A DNA stretch of 63,609 bases, counting the filler, from Candidatus Nanoarchaeia archaeon (GTDB lineage Archaea > Nanobdellota > Nanobdellia > Woesearchaeales > DATDTY01): assembly GCA_035290625.1 (NCBI GenBank). It is 5 parts of 5 records of this genome, joined end to end, with 100 filler letters (N's around TTAATTAATTAA, not from the genome) between each part and the next. Parts side by side here need not be neighbours in the genome. Positions count along the whole stretch, not along the records: positions 1 to 15,498 come from DATDTY010000030.1; positions 15,599 to 30,735 come from DATDTY010000031.1; 3 more parts are not named here. One strand, given 5' to 3'. The notes beneath the pieces were generated by a model. That model was not told the DNA's origin and made no database searches. It saw only the letters and a list, made by a program, of their open reading frames with translations. Shown here one piece after another: positions 8,305 to 18,158 of this stretch; position 1 is the first letter of the stretch; the number at the start of each line of letters is the position of its first letter. The translations under genes and the position numbers were made by a program.

Positions 8305-9190
8305 CAGAATGGCCTCCGAACTCCCTCCGCAGAGCTGCGATCGTTCGCTTGCCCAACGGAAAGCGATTGCTCCTATCCTTCCTGATCTGCGCTGCAACCT
8401 CAAATGCAGGCGCATATCCCTTTACAGACTTTATCGTCTGCTCAAGCTCTTTAATTGTAACGCTCTTTATCATTGTTCCAATTTCGTTGAAATCTTTCCT
8501 GCTGAGCGCATTGTATGCAAGGTCGAGGAGCCAGCTCCTGATGACGCTGGCAGGCTGCCATACCTGGACAGCCTTTTTAATGTCAATGGCGCGGTTCTCC
8601 TTTCCCCACGTATCCAACAGCTCAACACCTTCTGCCAAGCCCTGCAAATACACATATTCGATACAATTATGGACACTTTTCACAAAATGGCCTGCGCCAA
8701 CCTCTCCAAAATATCCGTACCCCTTCTTCGGAGCAAGCGCTTTCAGAGCAGGCTCGATCTTCCTGAACACCTGTTTTGGGCCCCCCACCATCAGCGTAAA
8801 CCCGTTTTTGTTCCCCCATATCCCACCTGAAACTCCACAGTCGAAGTAATGAATACTTCTCCTGGCTAACTGCTTTGCATGCCTCTGTGCATATTTGTAG
8901 AAATCATTTGCTCCGTTGATGATGACATCTCCTTCGCTCAGGCGTTTTCCCAGTTTAGATACCATCTCATCTGTAGGCTGCCCGCCTGGAAGCATGAGCC
9001 ACACAATTCTCGGTCTGGGCAACTTCTTAACCAACTCTTCGATAGAATACGCAGGGATTGCGCCCTTCTTAGCAATCCTCTTAACTTTCTCAGAGCTTCT
9101 GTTGTAGGCAACAACCTTGATGCCAGAGCGCAGAAGCCGGTCTGCCATAGGGAAGCCCATCTTCCCTAATCCAATCAGCCCAATTTTCAT
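8294..9190 (-). CDS. gnd: 6-phosphogluconate dehydrogenase (decarboxylating, short form)
   Basis: GLGKMG, DCGVSGG, GAGHFVKSVHNCIEY, ALRREFGGH. Confidence 0.92.
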   Translation of the reverse strand: MKIGLIGLGKMGFPMADRLLRSGIKVVAYNRSSEKVKRIAKKGAIPAYSIEELVKKLPRPRIVWLMLPGGQPTDEMVSKLGKRLSEGDVIINGANDFYKYAQRHAKQLARRSIHYFDCGVSGGIWGNKNGFTLMVGGPKQVFRKIEPALKALAPKKGYGYFGEVGAGHFVKSVHNCIEYVYLQGLAEGVELLDTWGKENRAIDIKKAVQVWQPASVIRSWLLDLAYNALSRKDFNEIGTMIKSVTIKELEQTIKSVKGYAPAFEVAAQIRKDRSNRFPLGKRTIAALRREFGGHSVEK

Positions 9191-9231
9191 CGTCAAACCC
9201 TTTTATCACACTTAATCATTGCGGATACTGC

Positions 9232-10746
9232 TTACTGCAGGTTATTGTAGATATTTGCGCGCTTAGGCATGATCCATCCTCCGGGTATCATCCTTTCAGC
9301 TTCCTCTGGTCCGAAGGTTCCAGCTTCATAGATTTGCATTCTTTTCCGCTTCCTGCCAGCTGTCTTCAGGATATTGTCTGTAATCCTCCAAGCAGCTTCA
9401 ATTTCTTCCCCTCTTGTGAACAGTGTATGATCCCCATGCATGCAGCTGTAGAGCAAGGCTTCGTATGCTTCAGGGGTATTCACGCCAAACTCGCAGCTGT
9501 GGCAGAAATCCATCGATACTGGATGTAAAAAGATCCGATGCCCAGGAACCTTCGCGCTGAAATTAATAACAATTCCCTCCTCAGGCTGAATCCTGATGCT
9601 GATGATATTTGGTGGCCTTCCCTTACCTTCCTTTCTGAATAAAGGGCCGGCCACATCTTTCATCACAAGATTAATCTCTGACACAGAGGTTTTAAGCCGC
9701 TTGCCTGCCCTGATATAGAATGGAACTCTTTTCCAACGGGGGGTATTCACCGTGAGGCGAACAGCAGCATAGGTTTCAACTTTTGAATCAGGGGCAACGC
9801 CGTGCTCTCTCCTGTAACCCGGCACTTCCTTTCCATCAATCACGCCTGCCTTATACTGCCCTATCACTACATCACCTTCAAATGATACTGCTTTCAGCAC
9901 CTTCAACTGCTCTGCATGAACGTTGTCTGAGCTCAGGGAGGTTGGGGGCTCCATAGCAGCATAGGTCAGCATTTGCAGTGCATGATTCTGGATCACATCG
10001 CGAATTGCCCCTGCCTTTTCGTAATATCCTGCCCTGCTTCCTATTCCCGTTTTCTCAGCCAGCGTAATCTGGACGCTTTCCACGAATTTAGAACTCCATA
10101 TCTGCTCAAAAATTGAGTTGGCAAACCTGAATACCAGAATGTTCTGAACCAGCTCCTTTGCAAGATAGTGGTCAATGCGGTATACCTGATCTTCTGTGAA
10201 AACACTGTTCAACGTCTTATTCAGTGCCTTGGCTCCCCTGAGGTCAAAGCCAAACGGCTTCTCAACAATGATTCTCTTCCAGCCTCTTCCTGAAAGCAGG
10301 CTTCCGTTCTTCAATCCCAGAGATAATGGACCAAACACGTCAGCAGGAGTTGCAAAATAAAATATCCTATTGCCAGCCAATTTAAAATGAATGTCAAGCT
10401 CTGATGCTGCTTTATGCAGCCTCGTATAGCTGTCCTTATCGTTTGGGTCAACAACGACATACTTCAGCGTTGCAAGGAAAGACCCATCATGATCCCCCTG
10501 CTTGCTGACAAAAGAGCGATAACTCTGATCATCAAAAGGCCGCCTTCCTGCGCAGAGAATTGGAGCATCAGCTCTCAGATGGCCATCTCTTTTGAGCCTC
10601 TTCAGGGCCGGAATCAGCTTCTTCAGCATCAAATCTCCTGTAGCCCCAAAGATCACAAACAAGCATGATACGGGTTTCTCCGATTGCATCAACTTGAGGA
10701 GTTTTGCTGTCTCTTTTTGTGGTACCATTGCCATTGAATCACTCAT
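9232..10746 (-). CDS. zwf: Glucose-6-phosphate 1-dehydrogenase (bacterial type)
   Basis: GATGDL, EKPFG, YRIDHYLAKE, DVIQNH. Confidence 0.95.
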   Translation of the reverse strand: MSDSMAMVPQKETAKLLKLMQSEKPVSCLFVIFGATGDLMLKKLIPALKRLKRDGHLRADAPILCAGRRPFDDQSYRSFVSKQGDHDGSFLATLKYVVVDPNDKDSYTRLHKAASELDIHFKLAGNRIFYFATPADVFGPLSLGLKNGSLLSGRGWKRIIVEKPFGFDLRGAKALNKTLNSVFTEDQVYRIDHYLAKELVQNILVFRFANSIFEQIWSSKFVESVQITLAEKTGIGSRAGYYEKAGAIRDVIQNHALQMLTYAAMEPPTSLSSDNVHAEQLKVLKAVSFEGDVVIGQYKAGVIDGKEVPGYRREHGVAPDSKVETYAAVRLTVNTPRWKRVPFYIRAGKRLKTSVSEINLVMKDVAGPLFRKEGKGRPPNIISIRIQPEEGIVINFSAKVPGHRIFLHPVSMDFCHSCEFGVNTPEAYEALLYSCMHGDHTLFTRGEEIEAAWRITDNILKTAGRKRKRMQIYEAGTFGPEEAERMIPGGWIMPKRANIYNNLQ

Positions 10747-10788
10747 GAAGCTCTGCCGGATGCAGTGTAACGGATCTCCGGATTACGA

Positions 10789-11598
10789 TTATCTGTAAAT
10801 GACCTCCTTATATTCCGGCACAATATCTGCAGTGAATCCGAGGATGCCTTCAACTGTCTTCTCATGATGCAGGAGCTGGGCAATGACTGACCAAGGCACT
10901 GTTGCGATGTCAGCTCCGACCATGGCAGCTTCCCTCACTTGCCGTGTGTTTCTCAATGAGGCTGCTAGGACCTGGCTCTTGATGTTGTGCATCCTGAAGA
11001 TTCCAACGATCTTTCTTACGAGATCAATACCTGATACAATGCCATTATCCTCCACTTTCTTCTTTTCCCACCCTCCCATAGGATAATAATCAGCCTTATC
11101 AAATCGGGCCTTCGCTTTTTTCCTCAGATAATCATCAATTCTCCCTGCAAACGGGCTCACTACTTTTGCTCCTGCCTTTGTAGCCAGCAATGCCTGCTCA
11201 GGCGTAAAAATGAGCGTGCAATTCACAGGAATGCCAAGCTGGGAAAGCTCACGAATTGCCCTCACACCGTCAAACCTCACATCTCTGCTTACTGATGGAT
11301 TGATTGGAATCTTGATCATCACATTCCTGGCAATTGCATTGAATTTTTTGTACAGGCTTTTTCCTTCAGAAACCATTTCTTCATAGCTTCGGCCAATCAC
11401 TTCAAGGCTGACGGGCGTGCCTTTTGCTGTCTTGAGAATCTCCCTGATATAATCTGCCATGCTCATCGACTTGAACGAGCTTGCTGCTTTTCGTATAAGG
11501 GAAGGATTTGTGGTAACGCCGTCGAGAATTCCGGCTGCATAACCCTGTTTTATCTCCTCAATTTCTGCGCTGTCAATAAATATCTTCACTGAATCCAC
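10789..11598 (-). CDS. tal: Transaldolase (TalC/FSA-type)
   Basis: IFIDSA, GVTTNPSL, IKIP, NCTLIF, SPFAGR. Confidence 0.92.
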   Translation of the reverse strand: MDSVKIFIDSAEIEEIKQGYAAGILDGVTTNPSLIRKAASSFKSMSMADYIREILKTAKGTPVSLEVIGRSYEEMVSEGKSLYKKFNAIARNVMIKIPINPSVSRDVRFDGVRAIRELSQLGIPVNCTLIFTPEQALLATKAGAKVVSPFAGRIDDYLRKKAKARFDKADYYPMGGWEKKKVEDNGIVSGIDLVRKIVGIFRMHNIKSQVLAASLRNTRQVREAAMVGADIATVPWSVIAQLLHHEKTVEGILGFTADIVPEYKEVIYR

Positions 11599-11651
11599 CT
11601 CCTTGCAGCTTTCATGGCGCTGAATTTAAATAGGTTGTGTTCTGGCAGTGT

Positions 11652-14261
11652 TCACATCCTATGCCTTTTCATCAGCAAGGAATTTGACACAACGCTTACA
11701 GAGCTTAATGCCATCGCAGCTCCGGCAATAATCGGGCTGAGCAGCCAGCCTGTAAATGGATAGAGAACTCCTGCAGCAAGCGGGATCCCGAGACTGTTAT
11801 AGAAAAATGCCCAGAACAGATTCTCCTTAATCTTCCTCATTGTATACCTGCTAAGATCCATGGCTCTTACAACATCCCTCAAATCCCCCCTGATGAGGAC
11901 AACGTCCGCTGATTCGATTGCGACATCTGTTCCAGAGCCGACAGCAATCCCGATATCTGCCTGTGCCAATGCAGGAGCATCATTGATGCCATCTCCGACC
12001 ATCGCCACTTTCTTCCCCTGCTGCTGCAGTTTTCTAATCTCTCTTGCCTTATCCTGAGGCAACACCTCTGCGAGCACATGCTCAATCCCTACCTTGGCTG
12101 TAATTGCCTTTGCAGTCCGCTTGTTGTCCCCTGTAATCATGTACACCTCGATCCCCTGACTATGGAGCATCTTGACAGCCTCCTGCGAATGTTCTTTGAG
12201 TGTGTCTGCAACCGCAATAACCCCTGCTACTTTTTTATTTACTGCAAGGATCATGGCAGTTTTCCCCTCCTCTTCTAATCTCTGCAAGGATGCCTCGACC
12301 CCCTCGATAGATACATTTCTTCCTGCCATCAAAGCCCGGTTTCCAAGCAGAATCGTCTTCCCTTTATGCCTTGCTTCCAAGCCGTGCCCGGCAATTGCGC
12401 TGAATCTCTGCGGATCACTGAGCGGAATCTTCATCTCTGTTGCTTTTTGCAAAATCGCTTCCCCCAAGGGATGCTCGCTTCTCTTCTCTGCAACTCCTGC
12501 GTACATCAACAGGTCTTTCTCGCTAAACCCTTTGCCTGGAAGGATGTCAGTCACTTCTGGCTTCCCTTTTGTCAAGGTTCCTGTCTTGTCAAAAACAACG
12601 ATGTGGGTCTTTTGCGCCCTCTGCAATGCCTCCGCGCTCTTAATCAGGATTCCATTCTCCGCACCTTTTCCTGTGCCCACCATAATTGCGGTTGGCGTTG
12701 CAAGGCCTAACGCACAGGGGCATGCGATGATCAGCACTGCAACAAAGGTTGTCAGGGCAAAGGGAAATCCCATTCCGAGGCTGTACCATACTGCAAATGA
12801 GGAGACTGCTATGACCAGAACTGCCGGGACAAAATATGAGGATACCTTGTCTGCCAGTTTTTGGATAGGCGCTTTGCTTCCCTGTGCATCTTCAACAAGC
12901 TTTATAATCTGGGCAAGTGCAGTCTCTGCACCAACCTTGGTTGCCCGAAATATAAATGATCCCGTCTTGTTCAGTGTTGCGCCGATAACCTTTTCTCCTT
13001 TTTTCTTCTCTACAGGAATGCTTTCTCCCGTAATCATGCTCTCATCCACAGAAGAATCACCCCCAGTCACGATTCCATCAACAGGGATTTTCTGCCCAGG
13101 CTTGACAATCACAAGGTCTCCTGCCTGGACCTCTTCGATGGGAACCTCGATTTCCTTATTTCCTTTTCTCACGAGCGCAGTCTTTGCCTGGAGGCCCATG
13201 AGCTTTTTGATGGCTTCTGAGGTTTTCCCTTTTGCAACAGCCTCAAGGTACTTTCCGAGGAGGATAAATGCAATCAGCAGACCCGCAACCTCAAAGTAGA
13301 GATCATCGGCGGAATATCCGGGCTTTCCGATCCAGACAAGGATTGAGATGATAAGCGAATATATATATGCCGTTCCTGTGCCAATAGCCACTAATGTATC
13401 CATTGTTGCAGTCTTTGTTTTTGCTGCAGCAATGATGCCCCGGGAATAAAACAGGGATCCTGCCATTACCACAGGTGTTGCTAAAAGCAACTGGATCACA
13501 ACCATGTTTTTTAGTATTGGTTCAGGAACAGGCAGACCAAAGGAGGGGGAAAGCATTGCAAGGTACAATAGAGGAATTGACAAGATTATGGATACTGTTG
13601 TGCGAAGCCTGAGATTGCGAATCTCTCTCTCCCTGGCTATCTTCTCGGCATCAACCGGAGCAGCCTCATCAATAGGCTCATAACCGATACCCTGGATTGT
13701 TTTCTTTATCTTCTGGACAGATACTAATGCAGGATTGTACACAATTGTTGCTTTCTCACTCACAAGCAATTCCTTTGAGACAATCCCTTTCAGATTTGCC
13801 AAAGCTCCGGAGACTGTGCTTACGCAATGAGGATTGTCCATTCCGATAACCTTGAGCTGTATCGTTCTGCCTCCTCCTTTTGATTCAGGCACTACCCCAT
13901 ACCCTGCATCCTGGACAGCCTTCTCAAGCCGCTCTCGTGAAACCTTCTTCGGGTCAAACTCAACCCTGGCTGTGTCTGCAGCAAAGTTCACTGCAGCAGC
14001 CTTTACTCCCTGGGTTTCCTTTAGGGATTTTTCTATGGCGCTGACGCAACTGGCGCAGGTCATGCCTGTAATCTTGATTGTGCATGTTTGAGAACCCTCT
14101 TTTTGCATCAGGCGGCTGGCTGGCTTGTTTTTCCCTGCAAACTCATTATGGCATTGCTTGCTGCAGAAATAATATTTTTTTCCTTGCCGCCGAGCAGTCA
14201 ATCTTTTTGCTTCAGCTTTCTTCGGATCAATCTTCATTCCACAGATCGGGTCTTTTGGCAT
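11652..14261 (-). CDS. copA: Cu(I)-exporting P1B ATPase with YHS and two HMA domains
   Basis: DPICGM YHS, GMTCASC, TGES, CPCALG, DKTGT, GDGIND, YN and MALSS motifs. Confidence 0.95.
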   Translation of the reverse strand: MPKDPICGMKIDPKKAEAKRLTARRQGKKYYFCSKQCHNEFAGKNKPASRLMQKEGSQTCTIKITGMTCASCVSAIEKSLKETQGVKAAAVNFAADTARVEFDPKKVSRERLEKAVQDAGYGVVPESKGGGRTIQLKVIGMDNPHCVSTVSGALANLKGIVSKELLVSEKATIVYNPALVSVQKIKKTIQGIGYEPIDEAAPVDAEKIAREREIRNLRLRTTVSIILSIPLLYLAMLSPSFGLPVPEPILKNMVVIQLLLATPVVMAGSLFYSRGIIAAAKTKTATMDTLVAIGTGTAYIYSLIISILVWIGKPGYSADDLYFEVAGLLIAFILLGKYLEAVAKGKTSEAIKKLMGLQAKTALVRKGNKEIEVPIEEVQAGDLVIVKPGQKIPVDGIVTGGDSSVDESMITGESIPVEKKKGEKVIGATLNKTGSFIFRATKVGAETALAQIIKLVEDAQGSKAPIQKLADKVSSYFVPAVLVIAVSSFAVWYSLGMGFPFALTTFVAVLIIACPCALGLATPTAIMVGTGKGAENGILIKSAEALQRAQKTHIVVFDKTGTLTKGKPEVTDILPGKGFSEKDLLMYAGVAEKRSEHPLGEAILQKATEMKIPLSDPQRFSAIAGHGLEARHKGKTILLGNRALMAGRNVSIEGVEASLQRLEEEGKTAMILAVNKKVAGVIAVADTLKEHSQEAVKMLHSQGIEVYMITGDNKRTAKAITAKVGIEHVLAEVLPQDKAREIRKLQQQGKKVAMVGDGINDAPALAQADIGIAVGSGTDVAIESADVVLIRGDLRDVVRAMDLSRYTMRKIKENLFWAFFYNSLGIPLAAGVLYPFTGWLLSPIIAGAAMALSSVSVVSNSLLMKRHRM

Positions 14262-14262
14262 T

Positions 14263-14439
14263 TCAGTTTTTTATTGCATGTTTCGTTATTTCAAGACTGC
14301 AGCTCTGGTATTTCCTGCAATACTCTTCACATCTCTCAGCAAAACTTTTTACTTTGTACAAAAAACCACACTCATTGCATCTGAAATACAGTTTTCTGGA
14401 TTTCATTATCTTAGCCGGCATTTTCTTGGTCGCCGTCAT
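14263..14439 (-). CDS. Small Cys-rich putative metal-binding protein
   Basis: 58 aa, not in ORF track: ...[41 protein letters not shown]; stop 1 nt before copA start. Confidence 0.7.
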   Translation of the reverse strand: MTATKKMPAKIMKSRKLYFRCNECGFLYKVKSFAERCEEYCRKYQSCSLEITKHAIKN

Positions 14440-14478
14440 CTGAACTGCAGTTGATACTTCCTATCATCATTTCTGGGT

Positions 14479-14679
14479 TTACTGGTCCTCATTGCGGATG
14501 CCAAAAGCATCGTGCAGCCAGCACCAGCCCAAAAAGCTCTCAGCCAAGGCAATCCATCCTATGACAAATATTGCCCAATTTATCCATTCAATGCTGTATT
14601 GCGGAGCCCATGGCCCAAGCCACCAAAAGGCAAGAGCAAACCGTAATCCCCTGTCCATTTTTCCCAGGTTTGTCTTCAT
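14479..14679 (-). CDS. DUF2892 (YgaP-like) membrane protein
   Basis: NLGKMDRGLR...two TM...GWCWLHDAFGI. Confidence 0.8.
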   Translation of the reverse strand: MKTNLGKMDRGLRFALAFWWLGPWAPQYSIEWINWAIFVIGWIALAESFLGWCWLHDAFGIRNEDQ

Positions 14680-14708
14680 TTTTCCCCCCTTTCAGCTTTT
14701 CCTCTTTA

Positions 14709-15014
14709 TTAATCTATCAGGTTATGCTCGCAATAGTTCTTCATATGCTTGCTCATTAATATGAGCAAAGGCTTTATTGTGCCTTTGTTGAGCTCGTATA
14801 TCCTTTCCTTTCCTCTCGCCTTGACAAACACATAGCCGCACCTCTGAAGCCTCTGGAGGTTATGCGAGACTGTCGGCTGGCCAAAATTTGTTTTCCTGCT
14901 TATCTGGGTCACATTCATCGGCTTTTCCATCAGGGCTTCAATGATATCCAACCTGTACTGGTTTGCCAGTGTTCCAAAAAAGGTCTTATAGGGCTGCCGT
15001 AGTTCGGTCTTCAT
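14709..15014 (-). CDS. ArsR/SmtB-family transcriptional regulator
   Basis: LANQYRLDII, QPTVSHNLQRL, GKERIY winged HTH; heads the copA cluster. Confidence 0.9.
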   Translation of the reverse strand: MKTELRQPYKTFFGTLANQYRLDIIEALMEKPMNVTQISRKTNFGQPTVSHNLQRLQRCGYVFVKARGKERIYELNKGTIKPLLILMSKHMKNYCEHNLID

Positions 15015-15138
15015 CTCTCATCAATAACATATGTTATTAGTGACATATATAAATGTTTTGATTCTGCGGAGCAGTTTCGGGAACGCCTGCGCCTCTTCAG
15101 CAACGGCGCGTGCATCCAAAACACAGAACAGCGCCATC

Positions 15139-15357
15139 GGCTCGATTGCAAGTTAACTCGAGAGGAATTGAATAAATGCTAAACAGGGTCCATAAAGCTA
15201 AAAGCTCTAAATTTCGCTCTTTTGGATTGCAGTATCAGACGGGAAGATCCAACCCAAGAACCCCCGGATTATGGAACTTGATGAAGATGCCTATGAGCGT
15301 CGCGACCAATCTTAGATATGTCTTGACGATTTTTATATAGGAACTTGCAATCGAGCC
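15139..15357. mobile_element. Non-autonomous IS5-family element (MITE/internal deletion)
   Basis: 16-bp TIR GGCTCGATTGCAAGTT 15139-15154 / AACTTGCAATCGAGCC 15342-15357; flanks GCGCCATC/GCGCCATT; same TIR at 56565-56580. Confidence 0.85.
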
Positions 15358-15364
15358 GCGCCAT

Positions 15365-15498
15365 TGTGCTATCACGTTTTTACTTCCGGTAGTCACGTTT
15401 TTACTTCCGGCTGATAGCCTCACCTGTGGTGAGGCTACATGTACAAGTTGACTTATGAGAAAAGAGTTTGGATTGTTAAGCAGCGGTTGAGGGGGGTT
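15365..15498 (+). mobile_element. Left end of IS481-like insertion sequence, truncated by contig end
   Basis: Starts TGT; TCACGTTTTTACTTCCGG at 15372-15389 and 15393-15410; ATG 15439 opens a transposase-like N-terminus. Confidence 0.7.
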
Positions 15499-15598
15499 NN
15501 NNNNNNNNNNNNNNNNNNNNNNNNNNNNNNNNNNNNNNNNNNTTAATTAATTAANNNNNNNNNNNNNNNNNNNNNNNNNNNNNNNNNNNNNNNNNNNN
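15499..15598. other. Artificial contig linker
   Basis: N-run, TTAATTAATTAA, N-run. Confidence 0.99.
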
Positions 15599-15738
15599 AT
15601 ACTAACACGGGCTATTTTCCTCGCTTGATAGGTTGTCCAGCCATCATTCTTGCGCCTTATGGTCTCCATAAGCTTCCCTCTGGTGAGTTTCATGCTCCAA
15701 TGTAACTCACCGTAGGGAAATAGTTTCGGGATAAGACA
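15599..15738 (-). mobile_element. Left end of a second IS481-like element with transposase N-terminus (ATG 15693)
   Basis: Minus strand begins TGTCTTATCCCGAAACTATTTCCC; MKLTRGKLMETIRRKNDGWTTYQARKIARVS is HTH-like and runs off the contig. Confidence 0.65.
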
Positions 15739-15766
15739 GAAAAAAATAATGTAAACGCTAAGAAGT

Positions 15767-15994
15767 CTAGGGCAAAGGCCGCTTGACTGTGAGAGGAATG
15801 ACTCCTGCCTCAAATTCCTTCTTGGCTATCTTCACGGGGTCGTAGCTGAGCTCTTCAAGATCCTTCTCGCCCAATGGGATGCAGAACGGAGCTCCCATAG
15901 AAATCATCAGTGCTCGGCTCCCTATCATCCTGGCCTTTTCGTATCTCGTATACTTCTTTACCAGCCGAATCCTCTTAAAGCTTTTCTTTGCCAT
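15767..15994 (-). CDS. rpoK: RNA polymerase subunit Rpo6 (K)
   Basis: YTRYEKARMIGSRALMISMGAP. Confidence 0.95.
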   Translation of the reverse strand: MAKKSFKRIRLVKKYTRYEKARMIGSRALMISMGAPFCIPLGEKDLEELSYDPVKIAKKEFEAGVIPLTVKRPLP

Positions 15995-15996
15995 GG

Positions 15997-16770
15997 TTAG
16001 ATGAGTTTTCTGAGTTCCTTGCTTTTCTCCACTGCAAGGTCAATCATCGCATAAATATCTTCCTCTACGAGGGGAAAATCTCCGCCTTTCTGGAGCGCGC
16101 AAAGATCCCCTTCTTTTGTGACCGCAACCGTAAGCCTGGCTTCAGACAGCTGTTCCTCTGCCAGTGACGGGTCTATAAAAATAGTGCCTCCTATCTTATG
16201 GACTGTAACCTCCACAGACTCTTCGTTTAATGGAAGCTTTTCCTCTGTGGTGCTCTTGTAATCAATCACTCCGTCAGAAATTTCAGGAAATCTGCAGTTC
16301 TTTACCGCAGCTATGGCTGCCAGGGCAGCAGCGTCAAAAAGGTTACCATCATCATTAACTGAGATGATATCAATCACGACAATCCATGCCTTTTCTCCAG
16401 GCGTGATGCACAATCTCTTAAAATCAATAACTGCAGCCTCCCTAATCCCCCGATCAACGACGCGGGCGAGCTCAATGGCTCCAATCCCTGGAGGCCCTGC
16501 CTCGAAATCCGGGCTTGACAAGGGCAGCAATTCAGCTCCCACCATGATCGTTCCTTCATCCGGCTTGTCAGGATAGGGTGTGCCAAGCTCCAGCTTCACG
16601 CCTGCCAGCACTTCTGTGTCCCCAATTTTCACGCGGCTAGAGCCCTCGGCATTCGGCGATATCCCTGTCTCGACCTGGACGTTCCGGAACTCATTAAGCT
16701 TCCTCCCATCCAGCCGGAAGCCTTTTGCAAAAAATTCAAGCATACGTTGCTTTGAGGTTTTCACTACCAT
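15997..16770 (-). CDS. rrp42: Exosome subunit Rrp42
   Basis: RLDGR, RNase PH fold, ELARVVDRGIRE. Confidence 0.95.
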   Translation of the reverse strand: MVVKTSKQRMLEFFAKGFRLDGRKLNEFRNVQVETGISPNAEGSSRVKIGDTEVLAGVKLELGTPYPDKPDEGTIMVGAELLPLSSPDFEAGPPGIGAIELARVVDRGIREAAVIDFKRLCITPGEKAWIVVIDIISVNDDGNLFDAAALAAIAAVKNCRFPEISDGVIDYKSTTEEKLPLNEESVEVTVHKIGGTIFIDPSLAEEQLSEARLTVAVTKEGDLCALQKGGDFPLVEEDIYAMIDLAVEKSKELRKLI

Positions 16771-17462
16771 CTTCCGTATTTCTCCTTCAGCGCTTTCTGC
16801 TGAACCGTGATGATCTTCTTACATGCCTCTTTTGCCAGCATAATGGCCTTCTTCAGCTGATCCTTCGGCATAATTCCATCCATCTGCAAGAGTGTAATCT
16901 CCCCCGTGCGTGGCAGGAGCGCAATCGGAATGTCTGCCATGCCTCCGGCATAATCCTCTTCCTCCTTTGAGACATCAATCAGGGCGGTTCCGCCTATATA
17001 TCCTGCTGCAATCGCGCTCACCATATCCCTCATGGGAATCCCGGCGTCTGCCAATGCTATAGAGGCAGCGCAAATCCCTGCGCATCGTGTTCCTGCATCA
17101 GTCTGCGGAAGCTCGATAAAAACATCAACGACTGCATTCGGAAATTCAGTCAAGTCCAGGACCGGAAGCAGCGCTTTCTCGGTTACATGCGAAATCTCGC
17201 GCGACCTTCTGTTTGTCCCTGGGCGCACACGCTCCCCTGAGCCTGAGAATGGCATCATGTTATAGCTGCACCGCAGGATCCCTTTTTGGGGGTTCTGAAG
17301 AAACCTTGGATACAGGTCTCTTGGCCCATAGACTGCTGCGTATGCGACAGTCTTTCCAATCCTGAAGTAGCCGCTTCCGTCTGCGCGCTTGATGATGCCT
17401 GCTTTGGCCTCGATATCCCGAAAATCGTTCACTTTCCTATTGTCTGGACGTGTAAATGCCAT
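16764..17462 (-). CDS. rrp41: Exosome subunit Rrp41
   Basis: ADGSG, RRSREIS, DAGTRCAGI. Confidence 0.95.
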   Translation of the reverse strand: MAFTRPDNRKVNDFRDIEAKAGIIKRADGSGYFRIGKTVAYAAVYGPRDLYPRFLQNPQKGILRCSYNMMPFSGSGERVRPGTNRRSREISHVTEKALLPVLDLTEFPNAVVDVFIELPQTDAGTRCAGICAASIALADAGIPMRDMVSAIAAGYIGGTALIDVSKEEEDYAGGMADIPIALLPRTGEITLLQMDGIMPKDQLKKAIMLAKEACKKIITVQQKALKEKYGRW

Positions 17463-18158
17463 TTATACCTTCTTTGCCTCCTTCTTGATCTCGTTCACGT
17501 AATCCTCGATCTTCTTGGTGAGTCCAGGAGTGTGGGCCTCCTCTTCCACTTTCTTTATTATCTTGATAAGGCGCACCTCAGCATCGGGCTCGCCTTTGAT
17601 CCACACAAGCCCGTTTTGGCCTATATAGATCCTGCAGCCTGTTCCCTCCATCAGCGTAACCATGCTGGCATTCTTTCCAATAAGGCGGGGGACTTTATTG
17701 GGGTCGACAGAGATGATGGTGCCGCCTTCGAGTTTCCTCAGCTCAGGCCCCCTCATGCTCAAATCAATCAATTTCTGGCTTGTTACGTTAAAAATCTTCG
17801 TGAAGATAATATCTCCTATCTTAAAGAACCTGGTTAAATCCGCGCCTTTGCTGACAAACTCAGAGGTTGCATCCTTGACATTCAGCATGGCAGAGTAGGC
17901 AGAGTTTGTATCAATCCTCCATCCGGAAAAACTGACATCAGCAACTATCCCGATAATGGTGTCGTCCTTTTTTGGCGCATACTTTCCGGTCAAGGGGATG
18001 ATATGGGCTGTCCTTCCGCTGAGGCTCAGCAATCCGAAGCGCTGGCAAACGACTGAGTCCTTGTCGCGGTATGTACCGCTCCCTGGGATATAGTCCATGC
18101 CTTTGGCAATCTCCTCTCCTGGAACCAGGATATCTTTTTCTTTTGCAAGCAGCGCCAT
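17463..18158 (-). CDS. rrp4: Exosome RNA-binding subunit Rrp4
   Basis: LVPGEEI, S1 and KH (VPRLIGKNASM, GQNGLVW); start MALLAKE coupled to psmA stop. Confidence 0.93.
   Translation of the reverse strand: MALLAKEKDILVPGEEIAKGMDYIPGSGTYRDKDSVVCQRFGLLSLSGRTAHIIPLTGKYAPKKDDTIIGIVADVSFSGWRIDTNSAYSAMLNVKDATSEFVSKGADLTRFFKIGDIIFTKIFNVTSQKLIDLSMRGPELRKLEGGTIISVDPNKVPRLIGKNASMVTLMEGTGCRIYIGQNGLVWIKGEPDAEVRLIKIIKKVEEEAHTPGLTKKIEDYVNEIKKEAKKV

Noticed and set aside
8180..13299. Long antisense ORFs such as 8180-8830 and 12172-13299
   Set aside because: Shadows of well-supported genes on the opposite strand
1..15498. Linear replicon or virus with terminal inverted repeats
   Set aside because: The repeats are truncated IS ends with transposase frames running off the contig; no replication or virion genes
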